From: an uncultured Acidobacteriota bacterium
GTDB taxonomy: Bacteria; Acidobacteriota; UBA6911
Direction of reading: 5' to 3'
Assembly (NCBI GenBank): GCA_963843575.1
Contig: CAWJKZ010000019.1
Coordinates: forward strand, 96,001 to 160,000
Length of the DNA: 64,000 nt
Positions 1-9,876 of the stretch are shown here, in pieces. The position numbers and the translations under genes were made by a program. Position 1 is the stretch's first letter. Each line of letters starts with the position of its first letter. The notes under the pieces are model-generated. The model made no database searches. It was not told the origin of the DNA and was given only the letters and a program-made list of their open reading frames with translations.

Positions 1-1295
1 CGCCTGCTGCACGGCACCGGCGCCCGGGAGGTCCTGGCGGTCCGCGGTTTCCAGTCCATCGCCAACCTGTACAAACTGGGGCGAACGCTGCGCTGGCTCC
101 AGGAGAGAACGACTTTTTCAGAGGCCGTCGACACCCTCCTGAAGATGCACGAGGATAGCACCGCCGAGGCGGAGAGCCGCGTCATGGAGGAAACCGGGGA
201 CGCCGTCCGGGTCCTGTCCATTCACAAGGCAAAGGGACTCGACTTCCCGATCGTACTCCTGGGAGGGCTTGGCGGAGAACGATTGCGCCGGACCTCCCGA
301 ATTTCTGGCCGACGCGCATCGTCGGAAGATATTCGCGGTCAGGTTCGAGGGCATCGAAGGCCCAGGATGGCGCTATCTCAAGGAGGAGGACGAGAAGCGT
401 GAGGACCAGGAACTGATCCGGCTGCTGTATGTGGCGCTGACGCGCGCGCGGGATCACCTCGTGCTGTCGACGCATCACCGCGGGAAATACGATCGCGCCG
501 GCGACGCCTGGGCCGCCGACCTCAGTTCGACGCGCCTGGAGCCGCTGGCGCAGTTCCTGGCAGAAAGGGCTTGCCGGGACGAGGTCCTGGCGCGCTGTTG
601 TCGACCCCCGCAGCCTCGACGCGGCGTATGACGCGCCTCCTCCCCGGCAGCCCGACCGCACGGGCGATTGGGCATCGGCGTTGCGACGCGAAGCCGCGGC
701 CCTGGCGCGGCTCCGGACCGAGACCCCCGCCGCGCCGCCGCCCCACCCCCGCGGAGGAGCGCTCGGGGAAGCCCGCGCGGCGCATGTGCCGGACGACGCG
801 CGCGACCGCGCCATCCGCTTCGGCGTCGCTTATCACGAGGCGATGGAGGCGGCCGACTTCAACCGGCCTTTCGGGGCCAGGGCGTGGGCGGTCGATGCTG
901 CCCGGCGCCATTGCATCGACGCCCCAGGCGTGGATGCGCTGGAAGAACTCGTGAGTCGGACGCTGGCGTCGCCCACCCTGGAGCGTGCCCGCCGGGCAGT
1001 GTCGGCGGGGCGCGCGGCTTGGCGCGAACTGCCTTTTGTCCGGCAGGTGCCCGACACGGCCGGGTTCCGGGAGGGGAAGATCGATCTCCTGTTCGAGGAA
1101 GACGGGGGATGGGTGCTGGTGGACTACAAGACCGACAAAGTGCCCCCGGACGGGCCCCGCCTCTTCGCCGAACGGTACAGGGCGCAGATCCAGGAGTACA
1201 GGGCCGCGCTGCGCGAACTGGGGATGACGGTGAAAGCGGCCTACCTGCTGCTGGCACGCACCGGCGAGACGGTCGAGATCGCCGACCTGCCCTGA
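1..1295 (+). CDS. addA: AddA/UvrD-like ATP-dependent helicase-nuclease, C-terminal part (5' end outside window; about 2 frameshifts)
   Basis: UvrD motifs SIHKAKGLDFPIV (145..402) and RLLYVALTRARDHL (269..631), then a PD-(D/E)xK nuclease GKIDLLF...VLVDYKT...QIQEY (681..1295), in successive frames. Confidence 0.8.
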
Positions 1296-1306
1296 CGCGG
1301 GCGCCC

Positions 1307-2371
1307 TCAGCCCCGCAGCGTGCGGCCCGCCAGCTGGCCGCAGGCCGCCTGGACGTCGGCCCCGCCACTGTAGCGCTTGTGCGAGGGGAAGCCGTGGGCG
1401 CTGAGAACCGCCCGGTAGGCGGCTTCCGTCGGCCCGGACACGCGCGCGAACGGCTCGGCCGCCCCGGTCCCGGCGGGATTGTATTCGAGGATGCTGATGC
1501 GCGGCCGCAAACCCGTCCTGGAGCGGAAATCATCTGCCAGCCCGGCGAGCGCCCTCGCGTCCTCTTCCGAATCGTTGATGCCGTCGAGCAGCGTGACCGC
1601 CCACATGGGGGACATGCGGGTTGTCGCCGCGTGTTCGACGGCCGCCTCGAGCACCTCCTGGAGGGGGTGGGCGTGGTCGATCGGCATGAGACTGGCCCGC
1701 ACGGACCGTCGCGGGCTGGCAATCGAGATGGCCAGCCTCGCCTTGGGCACTTCCCGCGCGATCCGGCGGATGCCGGCCGGCAGCCCGGCCGTGCAGATCG
1801 TGATGGCGCGGCCGTCGATGGCGGGGCCGCTGGGCTCGCAGGCCACCCGGATCGCTTCGATCACGTTGTCGAGGTTGGCCAGGGGCTCCCCCATCCCCTG
1901 GAACACGACCCCGTGGACGCGCTGCCGCAGCGAGCGGTCCAGGGTGCGCCGCACGACACGGATCTGCTCCACGATCTCCCATGCCTCGAGGTTGCGGGCG
2001 AGACCGAGCTGCCCGGTTGCACAGAAGGCGCAACGCAGGCCGCACCCCGCCTGCGAACTGACACATACCGAAAACCGCCCAGGCTTCTCGAGCGGGATCC
2101 GCACCGCTTCCACCACCGCGCCGTCCGGCGCCTCCAGCGCGTACTTCACGAAGGGGTCGAGACGGCTGGCGCGCGTCTCCCGCACTGCCAGCGCCGGAAT
2201 CGTGGTCGAGGCGCGCACACGGTCCAGACTGACGCGCCGCACTCCGCGGACGGCTGCCGGCAGATGGTCGTGACGGTGCACTGCCCCCACGATCCGGCGC
2301 GCTTCCTCGAGAGGAAGGTCCGGAATCGCGCCGCACAATGTCTGGGGGGTCACCCCTTGCAGACAGAGCAT
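1307..2371 (-). CDS. rlmN: RlmN/Cfr-family radical SAM RNA methyltransferase
   Basis: CVSSQAGCGLRCAFCATG (CxxxCxxC), GMGEP and C-terminal AACGQL; may be a paralogue rather than the main rlmN. Confidence 0.8.
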   Translation of the reverse strand: MLCLQGVTPQTLCGAIPDLPLEEARRIVGAVHRHDHLPAAVRGVRRVSLDRVRASTTIPALAVRETRASRLDPFVKYALEAPDGAVVEAVRIPLEKPGRFSVCVSSQAGCGLRCAFCATGQLGLARNLEAWEIVEQIRVVRRTLDRSLRQRVHGVVFQGMGEPLANLDNVIEAIRVACEPSGPAIDGRAITICTAGLPAGIRRIAREVPKARLAISIASPRRSVRASLMPIDHAHPLQEVLEAAVEHAATTRMSPMWAVTLLDGINDSEEDARALAGLADDFRSRTGLRPRISILEYNPAGTGAAEPFARVSGPTEAAYRAVLSAHGFPSHKRYSGGADVQAACGQLAGRTLRG

Positions 2372-2434
2372 TGTTGGTCACCAGCGGGGAGGTGTGGGAA
2401 AACGCCGCCGCGCGCCCCCGACCGCCGAAAGTAC

Positions 2435-2462
2435 TTGACGGACTCGATTGTCCGCGTAAAAT
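2435..2462 (+). promoter_or_regulatory. sigma70-like promoter for the small zinc-ribbon ORF
   Basis: TTGACG-N16-TAAAAT, followed by GGAGG/GGGAG SD-like motifs before ATG 2520. Confidence 0.55.
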
Positions 2463-2519
2463 TACCAGCTTTTGTCTCTTTTTTGCAGTACGCAATCCTC
2501 AAGAAGGGAGGACGGGAGC

Positions 2520-2699
2520 ATGGCGGAGAAACTTTCGAAGACGGCGCGCGCGAGCATGGGCGACAAAGGACATCGCTATGAGCACATGTGTCCGCAGTGC
2601 GGCACATCGATGGTCGCGACCAAGGTCATGAAGTATCGCGAGACGCCGGGCGGCATGTACTGGATCTGCCCCAAAGACGACCACCGCATCAAGATCTGA
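2520..2699 (+). CDS. small (59 aa) zinc-ribbon-like protein
   Basis: MAEKLSK...CPQC...WICPKDDH; good SD, promoter and GC-rich codon usage. Confidence 0.7.
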   Translation: MAEKLSKTARASMGDKGHRYEHMCPQCGTSMVATKVMKYRETPGGMYWICPKDDHRIKI

Positions 2700-2824
2700 C
2701 CCGGCCTCTGCCGGCTACAAGCCCGGGCAGTCGCCGCAAACGACTGCCTTTTTTTCTGTCCGGCCGCACCTTACCCGCACGATCTGGTACACTTTTCTCT
2801 ACAACCTTGCTGGACGGAGACTCT

Positions 2825-3370
2825 ATGAAAATACGAATTGCGTTCGGAATTCTCGGCATCGCGGTGGCGCTGGCCGCCGTCACCGCCGCCGCGCCGCAAG
2901 CCGGGAGCCTCACGGAGGCGATCGCGGTGATCAGCCCGGCCTCGGGCAGCAGCTGCAAAGGGACGGTACGTTTCACCGACACGGAAAGCGGGATGAAGGT
3001 CGTCGCGGACCTCGAAGGGCTCACCCCGAACGGCAAGCACGGCTTCCACGTGCACGAGTTCGGCGACTGCAGCGCCCCGGATGCCACGAGCGCCGGCAGC
3101 CACTACGACGCGGAAGGCACCAAACACCACGGCAAGCCCGACGACCAGATGAACATGAAGCACTCCGGCGATCTGGGCAACATCGAGGCCGACGCGAACG
3201 GCAAGGCGCACTACGAGGTCACGATCCAGGGCGTCTCGATAGCCGGGCCGCGGGCCCCTATCGTCGGTCGCGGCGTCATCGTCCACGCCAAGCCGGACGA
3301 CTTCGGCCAACCCGTCGGCAACGCGGGGGGACGCATCGGCTGCGGCGTCATCGGCGTGGCCAAACGTTAA
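2825..3370 (+). CDS. sodC: periplasmic Cu/Zn superoxide dismutase
   Basis: signal peptide; HGFHVHE, HY..HG..HSGDLGN, IVH and GNAGGRIGCG. Confidence 0.92.
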   Translation: MKIRIAFGILGIAVALAAVTAAAPQAGSLTEAIAVISPASGSSCKGTVRFTDTESGMKVVADLEGLTPNGKHGFHVHEFGDCSAPDATSAGSHYDAEGTKHHGKPDDQMNMKHSGDLGNIEADANGKAHYEVTIQGVSIAGPRAPIVGRGVIVHAKPDDFGQPVGNAGGRIGCGVIGVAKR

Positions 3371-3373
3371 TTT

Positions 3374-3397
3374 GGAGTGCGGCGCCTCGGCGCCGCT
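3374..3397. repeat. REP family 2 (GGAG-type) single hairpin
   Basis: GGAGTGCGGCGCCTCGGCGCCGCT, identical to 38728..38751; lies 3 nt after the sodC stop. Confidence 0.7.
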
Positions 3398-3557
3398 CCC
3401 CCCCGGCAATCGCCTGTGTCCCCAAGGCTGCCTCCATATTTCCGACACAGAAATCCCCCCGGCATTTCAGAAGCTCGCCGATCCGCTACCTGCATGTTAG
3501 GATAGGTCGTCTAACGTTCGAGATCGCCTGACGTGCACCCTTCTTGCAGGGAGTGCC

Positions 3558-6180
3558 ATGAAGCCCATCCACACCTTCTCCGTCATCCCGAAACTCCCAG
3601 TGCCGCTCGAGAGACTGCGGGAGCTGGCGTACAACCTGAACTGGGCCTGGAACCACGACACGATCGAGCTGTTCCGGAGGCTGGACAGCGACCTGTGGGA
3701 GACTTCCGGGCACAATCCGGTGCTGATGCTCGGCACCATCGAGCAGGGGAGGCTCGAGGTGCTGGCAGTCGACGAGTCGTTCCGGGCGCACCTCGACCGG
3801 GTCTGCCGGCAGTTCGACGAGTACATGGCCGGCGCCTCGACCCCGTACCGGCGGGCGCACGGCGCCCCGCAAGGACCGCTGGTCGCCTACCTCTCCGCCG
3901 AGTTCGGGCTCACCGAGTGCCTGTCGATATTCGCGGGGGGACTCGGCGTGCTGGCGGGCGACCACCTGAAGTCCGCGAGCGATCTCGGGGTGCCCCTGGT
4001 CGGCGTCGGCCTCCTTTATCAGCAGGGCTACTTCCGGCAGTATCTGAACTCCGCCGGGTGGCAGCAGGAAGCGTACGAGGACAACGACTTCCACAACCTG
4101 CCCATGACGCTCGAGCGTGCGCCCGACGGGAGGGCACTCAAGGTGGAGGTGTTCTATCCCGGGAATCGGGTCGTCGCCCAGGTATGGCGCGTGCAGGTGG
4201 GAAGAGTCCCGCTGTACCTGCTCGACACCAACATCGCGGAAAACACGCGCGCCGAGGACCGGGACATCACCGACCAGCTCTACGGCGGCGACCTCGACAT
4301 GCGCATCCGGCAGGAAATCCTGCTCGGCATCGGCGGCTTCCGGGCGTTGCAGGCGCTGGGGCTCACCCCGACGATCTACCACATGAACGAAGGGCACTCG
4401 GCCTTCGTCTCGCTGGAACTCACCCGCCGCCTGATGGAAACGCAGCGGATGACTTTCGCCGACGCCCGCCAGTTGGCCTCTTCCGCGCTGATCTTCACGA
4501 CCCACACGCCCGTCGAGGCGGGGCACGATTATTTTCCCCCGCACCTGATGGACCGCTACTTCGTCGAGTACATCGCCAGGCTCGGCATCCCGCGCGGCGA
4601 ATTCCTGGCCCTCGGGAGGCGCAACCCTGGCAACGACGGCGAGAGTTTCTGCATGACCATCCTCGCCCTCCGGATGGCTGCCTTCAGCAACGGCGTCAGC
4701 AGGCTGCACGGCGAGGTGAGCCGGCACGTGTGGACGGGAATCTGGCCCGGCATCTCGCCGGAGGAGACGCCCATCGGGCACGTCACCAACGGCGTCCATT
4801 TCCGGTCGTGGATCTCCAACGAGATGAACCAGCTCTACGACCGCTACCTCGGGCCCACGTGGCACGACCAGATCGCCGACACGGCCGTATGGCGCAGGGT
4901 CGACAGCATCCCCGCCGAGGAGCTGTGGCGCACACACGCGCGGCGCCGGGAACGGCTGGTGGCCTTTGCTCGGCGCCGGTTGCACGCGCAACTGAAACGC
5001 CGGGGTGCCCCGCAGGTGGAAATCGATCAGGCCGAAGAGGTGCTCGACCCCGACGTGCTGACCATCGGCTTCGCCCGCCGCTTCGCCACCTACAAACGCG
5101 CGACCCTGTTCATGCGCGACCAGGAGCGCCTTGCGCGCATCCTCAACCACCCCGATCGGCCCGTGCAGATCATCTTCGCCGGCAAGGCGCACCCGCGCGA
5201 CGATCAGGGTAAGGAACTGATCCGCCAGATCGCGTCGCTGGCCCGCCAGCCGGCGTTCCGCCGCCGCATGGTTTTCATCGAAGACTACGAGATGAGCGTG
5301 ACCCGTTACCTCGTCCAGGGCGTCGACGTGTGGCTCAACACGCCCCTGAGGCCGAACGAGGCCAGCGGAACCAGCGGGATGAAAGCCGTCGCCAACGGCG
5401 TCCTGAACCTCAGCACGCTCGACGGCTGGTGGGAAGAGGCCTGGCAGATGCGGCGCAGGAACACCGAGCCGCTGGGGTGGGCTATCGGCAAGGGCGAAGT
5501 ATTCGACAACCGCGACTACCAGGACCAGGTGGAGGCCGACGCCCTCTACGAGTTGCTCGAACGCGACATCGTCCCGACTTTCTACGACAGGAAATCCGAC
5601 CGGATCCCCCGCAGGTGGATCTCGCGCATGAAGTCCTCCATCGGTGCTCTCTGCCCGTTCTTCAATACCCACCGGATGGTGCGCGACTACACGCGACCGG
5701 TTCTACCTCGTCGCCAAGGGCAACTATGACCACCTCGCCGGGAACGCCGGTGCCCCGGCGCGCAGCCTGTCGTCCTGGCTCGAGCGCGTACGCGCCGCCT
5801 GGCCTCAGATCGCGCTGCAGCTGCTCGACCCGACCCTGCCGCCCGAGGTTGCCGTCGGCCAGGGCGTCACCGTCCAGGCACGCGTCCGCACCGGCTCCCT
5901 GCGGCCGGAAGATCTCAAGGTCGAGCTCTACGTGGGCAAGCTGAACGCGGACGGCGAAATCGTGGGCCCTATCACCACGACAATGTCCCCCGTGCGGCAG
6001 GAGGACGGGGAATACTACATCTACGAGGCGGACAACGTGGCGTGTGCCATCAGCGGGATGCACGGCTTTACCGCACGAGTCCTGCCACAGCACCCCGACC
6101 TGACGGCTCCCTTTGTCCCCGGCCTGATCGCCTGGGCGACGGAAATGCAGAGGCCGGAAGCCAGAAGCCAGAAGTATTAA
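3558..6180 (+). CDS. glgP: alpha-glucan (glycogen/maltodextrin) phosphorylase; one frameshift near 5693
   Basis: GGLGVLAGDHLKSASDLG, HMNEGH, ARRFATYKRA, PLP site EASGTSGMK; C-terminus continues in ORF 5644..6180. Confidence 0.92.
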
Positions 6181-6200
6181 CCGGAAGCCGGAAGTATTGA
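6154..6200 (+). repeat. heptamer tandem repeat (CCRGAAG)n with a duplicated TATTRA end
   Basis: CCGGAAG CCAGAAG CCAGAAG TATTAA CCGGAAG CCGGAAG TATTGA, overlapping the glgP stop. Confidence 0.7.
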
Positions 6201-6205
6201 GAGGA

Positions 6206-6302
6206 CTTCGAGCCTGGAGGTGAGTGCGGGGATCTCACCTCGAAAACTCGAAGCCCTCGAAGATTCTCCAAACACCCGATTTTAAAACACGTCGGTGTGT
6301 TT
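6206..6302. terminator. two stem-loops between convergent glgP and AKR genes (candidate bidirectional terminator)
   Basis: CTTCGAG/CTCGAAG plus GAGGTGAG/CTCACCTC stem (6206..6253); AAACAC-CCGA/TCGG-GTGTTT stem (6270..6302). Confidence 0.4.
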
Positions 6303-6324
6303 CTGAACCAAGGGACTGAGGGTC

Positions 6325-7281
6325 TCACGCCTGCGGGAAGCGGAAGAGCGGGGGCGTGCTCATCGCCTTCTTCTTCAGCTGCTCCGCCTCCTCGGCCGTC
6401 AGCGGTTTGAACTGGGCGGCCAGTCCCAGCGCCATCTTGAAGACGTTCTCGTCGCCGGGGGGCACTGCTGCCGTGACCGGGTGCGATAGCGTGAACCGCA
6501 GCGCCGGCCCGGCCTCCTCCGGCTGGCTGAACGGCTCGTACCAGCATTTGGGGTGGGTCCTCTTCGCCCCTTCCGGCCAAGGCCGCTTCGCGAGCGCCTT
6601 CAGCGCCAGTATCCCCATCTGCTTTTCCTGCGCCTTCGCCAGGACCTGCGGCCCGAAGTTTCCCGCGTTCCACGTGGCGTAATTGATCGGGAAGAGGATC
6701 GTGTCGAAGTTGAACCCGTCCATCAGCGCGAGCGCCGCTTCGACCGAATGAGCGGAGAATCCCACGAAGCGCACCTTGCCCGCGTTCCGGGCGGCGACAA
6801 AGGCTTCCATGGCCCCGGCCGGTCCGAGGATTTTCTGCACGTCTTCCCGTTTGGTCACCGCGTGGTGCTGGTACAGGTCGAAATGGTCCGTGCGCATTTT
6901 ACGGAGCGACCGCTCCAATTCCGCGGAGGCGCCGTCTTTCGTGCGCTGCTGCGTCTTGCAGGCGAGGAAGATCCCTTTGCGGAAGGGCTCCAGGGCTGGG
7001 CCGAGCATGTCCTCGGCGTTGCCGTAGCTGGGGGCGACGTCAAAGTAGTTCACCCCGGCGTCGATCGCCTCCTTCACCCGCTGCGCGGCCTGCTCGGTCG
7101 TGGCGTTCATCACGACGATGCCGCCGAAACCGATCATCGACAGTCTTTCGCCGGTCTTGCCGAGCGATCTTTTCTCCAGGCCCCGCGCCGGTTTCTGACG
7201 CTGAATCGCCGAAAGCGATGCAGGGAAACAGCTCAGGAGCGATGCCGCCCCCGCGTCCTTCAAGAATTCCCGCCTGTCCAT
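6325..7281 (-). CDS. aldo/keto reductase with Tat signal peptide
   Basis: MDRREFLK twin-arginine motif; IGFGG, GVNYFDVAPSYG, LERSLRKMRTDHFDLYQHH. Confidence 0.88.
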   Translation of the reverse strand: MDRREFLKDAGAASLLSCFPASLSAIQRQKPARGLEKRSLGKTGERLSMIGFGGIVVMNATTEQAAQRVKEAIDAGVNYFDVAPSYGNAEDMLGPALEPFRKGIFLACKTQQRTKDGASAELERSLRKMRTDHFDLYQHHAVTKREDVQKILGPAGAMEAFVAARNAGKVRFVGFSAHSVEAALALMDGFNFDTILFPINYATWNAGNFGPQVLAKAQEKQMGILALKALAKRPWPEGAKRTHPKCWYEPFSQPEEAGPALRFTLSHPVTAAVPPGDENVFKMALGLAAQFKPLTAEEAEQLKKKAMSTPPLFRFPQA

Positions 7282-7350
7282 ATTCCCTCCATTGGTCGGC
7301 TTCTATCATAACCTGTTGGCTGGGGTGGTGGGGCTCGATCTTTTGGATGA

Positions 7351-7508
7351 GCGGGGAAGCGGAAGCCGGAAGCCCGGAAGCCGACGAACGGCGTTACCGT
7401 CAGGCGGCGTGGAGTGGCGCGGGGAAGCGGTAGCCGGAAGTCCGAAGCCCGGAAGCCGCCGATCAGGTTATCCCGTCTTCCGGCTTCCGTCTTCCGGCTT
7501 CCGTCTTT
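7351..7508. repeat. heptamer-based inverted repeat tract (GGAAGCC)n...(CTTCCGK)n
   Basis: two GCGGGGAAGCGG(A/T)AGCCGGAAG blocks followed by CGTCTTCCGGCTTCCGTCTTCCGGCTTCCGTCTT (14-nt period); the halves are complementary. Confidence 0.75.
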
Positions 7509-7509
7509 T

Positions 7510-8721
7510 TCACATCAGCATGCCGGCGATGGAGGCCGAGAGGTAGTTGGCGAGCGTCCCGGCCGCAACCGCCCGAAAACCGAGCAGTGCCAGGTCGTGC
7601 TTGCGATCCGGTGCCAGCGCCCCGATGCCGCCGAGCTGGATCCCGATCGAGCTGAAGTTGGCAAACCCGCAGAGCGCAAATGTGGCGATCACAAAAGAGC
7701 GCGGGTCGATGCTCGCTTTAAGGGCGCCCAGTTGCCCATAGGCGATCAGTTCGTTCAGCACCAGCCGGGTGCCGAGGAGATTCCCGACCGCGAAACAATC
7801 GCGCCAGGGCACGCCCATCAGCCAGGCGAGCGGGGCGGCGAGGTGGCCGAAGATCCACTCGAGGCTCAGACGCTGCCCCCCCCAAAGCGGCACGGTCCCC
7901 AGCAGGGCGTTTACCAGCGCGATCAGGGCCAGAAACGAGATCAGCATCGCGCCCACGTTTAGCGCCAGGTGCAAGCCCTCGCCGGTCCCCCGCGCGGCCG
8001 CGTCGATGACGTTGACGTCGGTGCGCTCGATCCTGAGTGTCACGGTCCCGGCGGTTTTCGGCTGTTCGGTTTCCGGCACGAACATCTTGGCCAGCATGAT
8101 TGTGCCCGGGGCCGTCATGATCACCGCCGTCAGCAGGTGACGCGCCTCCACGCCGAAGGCGATGTAAGCGGCCATGATGCCCCCGGAGATGTGCGCCATT
8201 CCGCTGGTCATGACCGTCATCAGCTCCGACCGCGTCATCGCGGATAGAAATGGGCGTATGGTCAGCGGTGCCTCTGTCTGGCCCATGAAAATGCTCGCGG
8301 CCACGTTCAGCGACTCCGCGCCGCTGGCTCCCATCAGGCGGGTCATCACCTTGGCGAACCCCAACACGACGTATTGCATGACCCCGAGGTAGTACAGGAT
8401 GGCAAACAGGGCGGCGATGAAGATTATGGTCGGAAGCACCTGGAAGGCAAACAGGGCAAGGGTGTTTCCCGGCGTGCCGAGCTGGCCGAAGACGAACGAA
8501 GACCCTATGTGCGCGAAGCCCAGGAGGGCCGTGATCTTGTCCCCGATCCACCGGAAGACTGCCTGGCCGGTACCCGTTCTGAGCACGAGCAATGCGAAGG
8601 CGAACTGCAGGCCGAGTCCCCAGGCCACGGTCTTCGGCCGGATCGCGCGGCGGTTCGTGGAAAAGACGTAGGCGATGGCCAGGATGGCGACGATCCCCAG
8701 CAGGCCGGATAGTCTCTGCAT
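7510..8721 (-). CDS. nupC: concentrative nucleoside transporter (CNT/NupC family)
   Basis: FAFQVLPTIIF, SIFMGQTEAPL, NELIAY, ALCGFANFSSIGIQLGG. Confidence 0.92.
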   Translation of the reverse strand: MQRLSGLLGIVAILAIAYVFSTNRRAIRPKTVAWGLGLQFAFALLVLRTGTGQAVFRWIGDKITALLGFAHIGSSFVFGQLGTPGNTLALFAFQVLPTIIFIAALFAILYYLGVMQYVVLGFAKVMTRLMGASGAESLNVAASIFMGQTEAPLTIRPFLSAMTRSELMTVMTSGMAHISGGIMAAYIAFGVEARHLLTAVIMTAPGTIMLAKMFVPETEQPKTAGTVTLRIERTDVNVIDAAARGTGEGLHLALNVGAMLISFLALIALVNALLGTVPLWGGQRLSLEWIFGHLAAPLAWLMGVPWRDCFAVGNLLGTRLVLNELIAYGQLGALKASIDPRSFVIATFALCGFANFSSIGIQLGGIGALAPDRKHDLALLGFRAVAAGTLANYLSASIAGMLM

Positions 8722-8872
8722 GACGGGCTCCCGATCGATTCCAGTTTGTCAGGAAAGCGGCCATTATAGGGAGCGGCCCGCGCTAATACAACGATCCGTG
8801 TCGGAACCCCTTCGAGATTCCTCAAGGGGGTCGGGCCGGGCACTCGAAGAAGGCCGGGGAAACAGCGTGAAG

Positions 8873-8878
8873 TATAAT
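8873..8878 (+). promoter_or_regulatory. -10 box, probable leaderless transcript of the radical SAM gene
   Basis: TATAAT 6 nt before ATG 8885, with no SD. Confidence 0.5.
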
Positions 8879-8884
8879 TATGTC

Positions 8885-9853
8885 ATGCCCGATGCGACGC
8901 CGCGGGGCCCGTTCGCCGCCGGAAGCCGTTACAACTCCTATGGTGCCTACCTGAAGGAGCGATTCGGCTGCCGGGTATATAAGGTGATCGTCGACGGGGG
9001 GTTCACGTGCCCGAACCGCGACGGCACGGTTGCGACGGGAGGCTGTACCTACTGCAGCAACGACTCCTTCCGGCCGGGCGCCGTCCGGCGGCTCCTGCCT
9101 GTGGCCGAGCAGGTGCGCCAGGGGATCGAGTATCTGGGCAACCGCTATCGCAGCCGCCGGTTTGTCGTCTATTTCCAGCCGTACACCAACACCTACGCGC
9201 CCCTGGAAACGCTCGTCCCGATGTACGAGGAAGCACTCTCCCACCCCGGCGTCGTCGGTCTGGCCGTCGGCACGCGCCCGGACTGCATCGACGAAGAGAA
9301 GATCGCATGGTTCGAGAAGCTCGCCAGGTCCCGCTTCGTCACACTCGAGTACGGGCTCGAGTCGATCTACGACTCGAGCCTCGAGCGCATCAATCGCGGA
9401 CACGACTTCCGCTGCTGGACCGACGCGGTGTCACGCACCAGCGGCCGGGGCATCGCGATCTGCGCCCACCTCATCCTGGGTTTCCCGTGGGAAACGCGAG
9501 AAGAGATCCTCGCCATGCCTGGCGTCGTTTCAGCCTCGGGGATCGATTTTGTGAAGCTGCACCACCTTCACGTGGTCCGCCACACCTCGATGGGCCGGGA
9601 GTTCCTGCGACGGCCCTTCCGCGTCCTGGAGTATCCCGAGTACCTCGACCTGGTGGTCGACGTTCTGGAACGCCTCAGCCCCTCAATCCGCGTGGAACGG
9701 CTCTTCGGACTGGCTCCCGATGCCGACCTGATCGCGCCACGCTGGGGGAAGACGAAGCCGGAGATACAATACGATGTCGAACGCCGTCTGGCATCCCGCG
9801 AAACCTGGCAGGGCAGGCTGTACCGCCCGCAACCCGGCGACGCAACAGACTGA
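8885..9853 (+). CDS. TIGR01212/YhcC-family radical SAM protein
   Basis: DGGFTCPNRDG...GGCTYC, YFQPYTNTYA, VGTRPDC, INRGHD, VKLHHLH. Confidence 0.9.
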   Translation: MPDATPRGPFAAGSRYNSYGAYLKERFGCRVYKVIVDGGFTCPNRDGTVATGGCTYCSNDSFRPGAVRRLLPVAEQVRQGIEYLGNRYRSRRFVVYFQPYTNTYAPLETLVPMYEEALSHPGVVGLAVGTRPDCIDEEKIAWFEKLARSRFVTLEYGLESIYDSSLERINRGHDFRCWTDAVSRTSGRGIAICAHLILGFPWETREEILAMPGVVSASGIDFVKLHHLHVVRHTSMGREFLRRPFRVLEYPEYLDLVVDVLERLSPSIRVERLFGLAPDADLIAPRWGKTKPEIQYDVERRLASRETWQGRLYRPQPGDATD

Positions 9854-9876
9854 AATACACTCGCGGCGACTCGCCT

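Noticed and set aside
668-2581. 637-aa plus-strand ORF spanning addA and rlmN
   Set aside because: It is a low-complexity Arg/Gly/Pro-rich alternative frame overlapping two well-supported genes.
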